This document shows, piece by piece, positions 59,651 to 64,000 of a stretch of DNA of 64,000 bases. A model generated the notes under the pieces. That model was not told where the DNA came from, did not search any database, and saw only the letters and a list, made by a program, of their open reading frames with translations. The stretch is from NCBI RefSeq assembly GCF_000485595.1, contig NW_014577061.1, forward strand, positions 492,824 through 556,823. Direction: 5' to 3'. The translations under genes were made by a program, and so were the position numbers. How positions within the stretch are numbered: the stretch's first letter is position 1; each line of letters opens with the position of its first letter. Source of the stretch: Priapulus caudatus. Its lineage: Eukaryota.

Positions 59651-62600
59651 ATGTCTGAAAACTTTACTGATGCGAAGCTGCAAAAGTTAAAGGTAAGCAA
59701 ATATATCCTAGCCCTAGTACTAAGTATAGGCACTGTATTCACTGTTCAGTTCAGTTTTGAGCCTCATACTCATAGTCATAGTCATAGTCATAGTTAACCC
59801 GACCAGGCTGTGTGACTAACGTCAATACACCCTAGGTATCTAACCCTAGCAATACCGTTTCTTGGAGCTAAGTCATAGTCATAGTCATAGTCATAAGACA
59901 ATGACATAACTAAAATGATAGTTTTTTACTCTTCTTCTACTTCTTCAAGTACTTGTTCTTTTTCTTCCTCCTCTTCTTCTTCTGAATCTGTCTTAACTTC
60001 TGAATCTGTAAGAACTTCTGGTAGTGCCTAGTCACTAGTGGTACTACTACTAGTAGTAGTACTACTACTACTAGCTCTAGTACTAGCTATAGCCCGCGGA
60101 TCGCTGCCGCAGGGCTATAGCACATTCTGCCATAGATGTAATCTAAGCAAATGGTCCAACTGATGTGACCAAAAATTTATCCCCAAAACGTAAAATGATC
60201 GGGCTTTTTAACACTTATCTATGCTGTTATTCCTCAAAGTCTTAGCACTGAAGAGTCACGCGTGCACACATAAGCAGAGCAACCGCATTTGAAAACAAAA
60301 CACCAGTAGTGCTAAGACTTTGAGGAATAACAGCATAAATACCTGGTGTAAAGTTGTGGAAGTGTTCAAAAAGATAGGTGAGATGTCCATGTTGATAGAT
60401 AAGTGTTAAAAAGCCCGATCATTTTACGTTTTGGGGATAAATTTTTGGTCACATCAGTTGGACCATTTGCTTAGATTACATCTATGGCAGAATGTGCTAT
60501 AGCCCTGCGGCAGCGATCCGCGGGCTATAGTACTAGAGCTAATCTCTACTAGCTAGGCTACTCTCCTAGCTCTACTCTACTACTACTAGGCTATGTTTTC
60601 AATAGCTCTAGCCTCTAGGCTCTAGTACTATAGATTATAGGCATAGCATAGGCTAGCCCGCGTACAGTTGCCGCAGGGCTATAGAACATTCTATTACGAA
60701 TGCTCGCGACCAACTTATTCACGGTTACTCGCGGCTATAAAACGTCTGTGGTAGGAAATTAATGTTTCTTATCCGAAGTAAATATGTCTTAAGTTATATC
60801 CGCTACTAAAATTTAACCTCTAACTATCGTTGAAATGGTCTCTACTTGCGGTATTTCTTGTGAACGACCATTATTTACGAACTTCAAACGGCCATTTTTG
60901 GTGGCGCTGCAGCAGTGCCAGTCGGAGGGAACTATGTTACGTATTTCCGCACGTGGAGGGGTGGGCGGGTTGGGATTTGGTTGTCGACAAAAACGTTGTT
61001 GTCAAGTAACAAATTAAGCGATCAAAAAAGATTGTAATATTAGTTTTGTCATGAAAGATAAACAAATTACTATTATTAATTTGTTACTTGACAACAACAA
61101 TGTTTTTGTCCACAACCAACACAACCCGCCCACCCCTCCACGTGCGAAAATACATAGTTCCCGCTGACTGGCTGGAGTAAGTTGGTCCCAAGCATTCGTA
61201 ATAGAATGTTCTATAGCCCTGCGGCAACTGTACGCGGGCTATAGTGCTAGAGCTATGTTTTCAATGGCAATGCCAGTGACAGTCAGTGGCAGTGCCATTA
61301 GCATTGACAATAAATACTGAATCGGGCCCGAGATTAGTTTAGCACCCCAGATTCATTTAGCACATATGCGAAAACATATTTGCGGGGTCCCAAACTGTCC
61401 TTTATCAGATAATAGCTTTTAGCTCAAATAATCGGTCATGTATCAAAAAACCGTTTTAGACTAAACCGACCAGGCTCTCTGACTGTTACACGGCAGAGGA
61501 GCCTGACACCCTTCCATACGAAATGCCTGGTAGCTTGAAAACAAACTCCGCATTTTGTAAAATTTCGTAAATAAAACAATGTATTACCACATGTGACCTC
61601 ACCTGTTACATGTTTGCAACTATCGCATCACTTCTTAATTACTATTTCCCTCGAAATACATGTTAAAATAAGAGAATTTCGAACAGCTATACTATTTGAA
61701 CGTTGTAAAATGCCATACTGGATGTTCTTATGTCTCTTTTTGTATTGTTTGTACTTGTATTTTTTGCCATGTATGATGGGATATCTATGGGAAAATGGCG
61801 GCGTTTTTTGAGTTTTATCTTATCAATTTATAAATAATTACTCGCTGACACGTAAATACATGCTCAGTGATAGCGCACATATAATAAATCGAGGCGTGGA
61901 AGTACAGAGAAGCGGTAAAAATCATAAAAAGTTAGATAATTTTACGTTTAATAGCAGCGCACGTCATGCCAAACAATATTCTATTGCGTCGGCTTGTGAC
62001 CCTCTCGCCAACGTAGTGTTAAGCGAGAAGGGAACTTGTGGCTAGTTTTAGACATGTTATATAAGGACCTATTTTTGGCTCAGTTTTCAAATGCCACTAC
62101 AGCCATTGTAATATGTGATATTCGAAATTGGAATTTGTGATCGAGAATCGATCTGGGTTTCTTGCAGTAACTTTGCACTGTAATTGATGCCATTTGCACC
62201 TAGCTTGGTTCGACTAAATCACAAAAATCTACTCATGGTGGATTTTAAGCCAATGCAAAGAGATAGTATGACACTACAGAGAAGATAGGCAATAGTGAAT
62301 AGTTTACATTGAATATTTTGCTTGCAAAAAATTCACAATGCCTGTGTAGCACTATAGTAATACCACCTGCCTATATAAGTCCACTTTGGCATTTCCTTTC
62401 ACTGGGTGCTATATATACAGGTATCAGGGGCGGATCCTGGGCTGAAGCTAGACAGTATTTTTCCAGATTTTAAAGGCACATCCCCCAAAAAGGACACACC
62501 ACCCCACAGTGGGTGTTGTTAGGCGCGGAAGCACATGGCGGGGGGTCTGGGGGCCTCCCCCAGGAAATTTCAAAATTTCAAGCGTCCCTGGACACAAAAA

Positions 62601-63203
62601 TGAGCACCATTTGAGCACACATTTAGTCAAGCAGCAATAGCTAAAAACCATATGGAATTTTATTTCTGCTTCATATTTTGCCTGCGCTTTGCATACCAGC
62701 AATTAATGCAGAATGATTCAAGCACTTCCCTTCTTTTTCAGATATCAAAGCTAGTTTTGTTACCATGTAAAATTTTGATTTTCTTCAAGTCCTGTCAATG
62801 AATCAGAAGAAAAAGAAAACAAATAAAGAATATAGCCAAATTCCACCAAATTGTTTTCTGTATTTTTTAGCGCAAAATTTTGAAGGGCACTTTGAAATCT
62901 AGACCGTATTTCCCAATACGGCAAATACGGTCTGAATCCGCCCCTGGGTATTACTGTACGTATGTCATAAATCTTAGGCTCGAACCAATTTAGAAGAATA
63001 TTCACAAGTACAATGAGCATGAGAAAATAATGGCTGTTTTACTTTTGGACAGGTTGTTGATTTAAAAAAAGAGTTGAAGACACATGGTCTGTCCATAGTT
63101 GGAAACAAAAGTGAACTTATAGACCGACTAAAACACTATTTGCGAGAAAAGCATGGACTCCCCAAAGATGAGGAAAATATTGAGAGTGAGCATGGTGAAC
63201 AGG
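59651..63203 (+). CDS. SARNP: SAP domain-containing protein, SARNP/CIP29-like; first two coding exons (59651-59692, 63053-63203), gene continues beyond the window
   Basis: ATG...AAG|gtaagc joined to ggacag|GTT gives MSENFTDAKLQKLK-VVDLKKELKTHGLSIVGNKSELIDRLKHYLREKHGLPKDEENIESEHGEQ. This is a canonical N-terminal SAP motif (LKVxDLKxELKxxGLxxxGxKxELIxRL) followed by an acidic stretch. Absent from the ORF track. The symbol is tentative because other proteins also begin with SAP. Confidence 0.7.
60087..60530. mobile_element. Foldback element 1 with 136-bp inverted arms
   Basis: 60087-60222 is the reverse complement of 60395-60530; inner ~30-bp inverted repeat 60220-60249 / 60308-60337. Confidence 0.85.
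60654..61241. mobile_element. Foldback element 2, termini related to element 1
   Basis: Terminal arms TAGCCCGCGTACAGTTGCCGCAGGGCTATAGAACATTCTATTACGAATGCT in inverted orientation; inner inverted repeat ~60935-61017 / 61077-61165. Confidence 0.8.
62425..62946. mobile_element. MITE with 5-bp target duplication
   Basis: TIR CAGGGGCGGAT(C/T)C / GAATCCGCCCCTG; exact GGTAT duplication on both sides. Confidence 0.75.
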
Positions 63204-63240
63204 GTACGTAGACAGCAGCCTTCCAACTCCAAGATCACTA

Positions 63241-63515
63241 GGCCAAAACAAAATATAGGTGTGGGTACGGTTTCCCGACCGACCCTATTTATTCCCAGCG
63301 ACCCTAAACATTTTATTGTCAATTTTCTTTAAAGTAAAAAAATAAATAAATAAATAAAATAAAATATGAATTGGACAGTTCCTTCTTCAAAAGGCACAAC
63401 CTTCGGACATGGTTCGTAAATAAAATATTTCAAGAAAATAAAATGTTTTCCCTACCTACCTACCCTATTTTTTTTCGGCATGTAATGGTAACCACACATA
63501 TATTTTGTTTTGGCC
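63241..63515. mobile_element. Tourist/Harbinger-type MITE, copy 2
   Basis: Highly similar to 54604-54849; flanks CTA/TAA. Confidence 0.85.
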
Positions 63516-64000
63516 TAAGTGAATGCAGAAAAATAGTGCAGAAGAACAAACCCCAGCAGTTAATATTTGTGTCTTCACTGTCAACTACACAATGATTGTA
63601 AAATTTGATTTTTTGGCACCAATTGAGGTTCCAGGTCATTCACATTTATCCAGTGTTTTTGACGTCTTGATGTTCATTGAATTGGATTGATTCATCCTGT
63701 TTTCTGATCTGTCACTATTTCTAATTCAATTGATAGTTTATTTTTCAGTCGTGAAATTTCGCAGTACGAAGAGTAAATTGTTGAAATATTGTCTGGCAAT
63801 GGAATAGAATCATGACTGGCAGTTTGTCACCTTGATTGACCCGAGCTATGAAGATGGATTAAATCAAGAGCGTATTAATAAGGAGAGCGTACAACGGTGA
63901 AATGCTGAAACAATGTTGCAGTATTAGTCGAATTAAGAAACTTTGCCCGTTTTATTTTGACGATTCTTTGCAGTAGTATTGATCAGCTGTCCTACCTTGC

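Overview
Eukaryotic (invertebrate bilaterian) genomic DNA, intron- and microsatellite-rich, with two 10-N gaps (38473-38482, 58833-58842). Three host genes are readable: (1) a + strand type III / DN-cadherin (CadN)-like classical cadherin with 38 coding exons between 5206 and 41464 (5' end outside the window); (2) a convergent - strand glutathione synthetase (11 coding exons, 45846-55009) with a probable GC-AG intron; (3) the first two coding exons of a + strand SAP-domain gene resembling SARNP (59651-63203). There are also many MITEs, a MADF-bearing Harbinger-like element, a CR1-type LINE relic with a nested transposase fragment, a Helentron-like element and two long foldback elements. The main anomaly is that the cadherin exons between 25.4 and 38.1 kb are not in protein order. 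Exons for the last cadherin repeats alternate with exons for the downstream NC-EGF-LamG region, one displaced block is flanked by an exact ~95-bp direct repeat, and two expected coding segments are absent. Misassembly is the leading explanation; a real scrambled or trans-spliced gene is the alternative to test. A second pattern is that many exon-intron junctions have decayed or tandem copies in the adjacent intron, including an array of 12 donor sites. Protein family assignments come from my recollection of these families, not from database searches.
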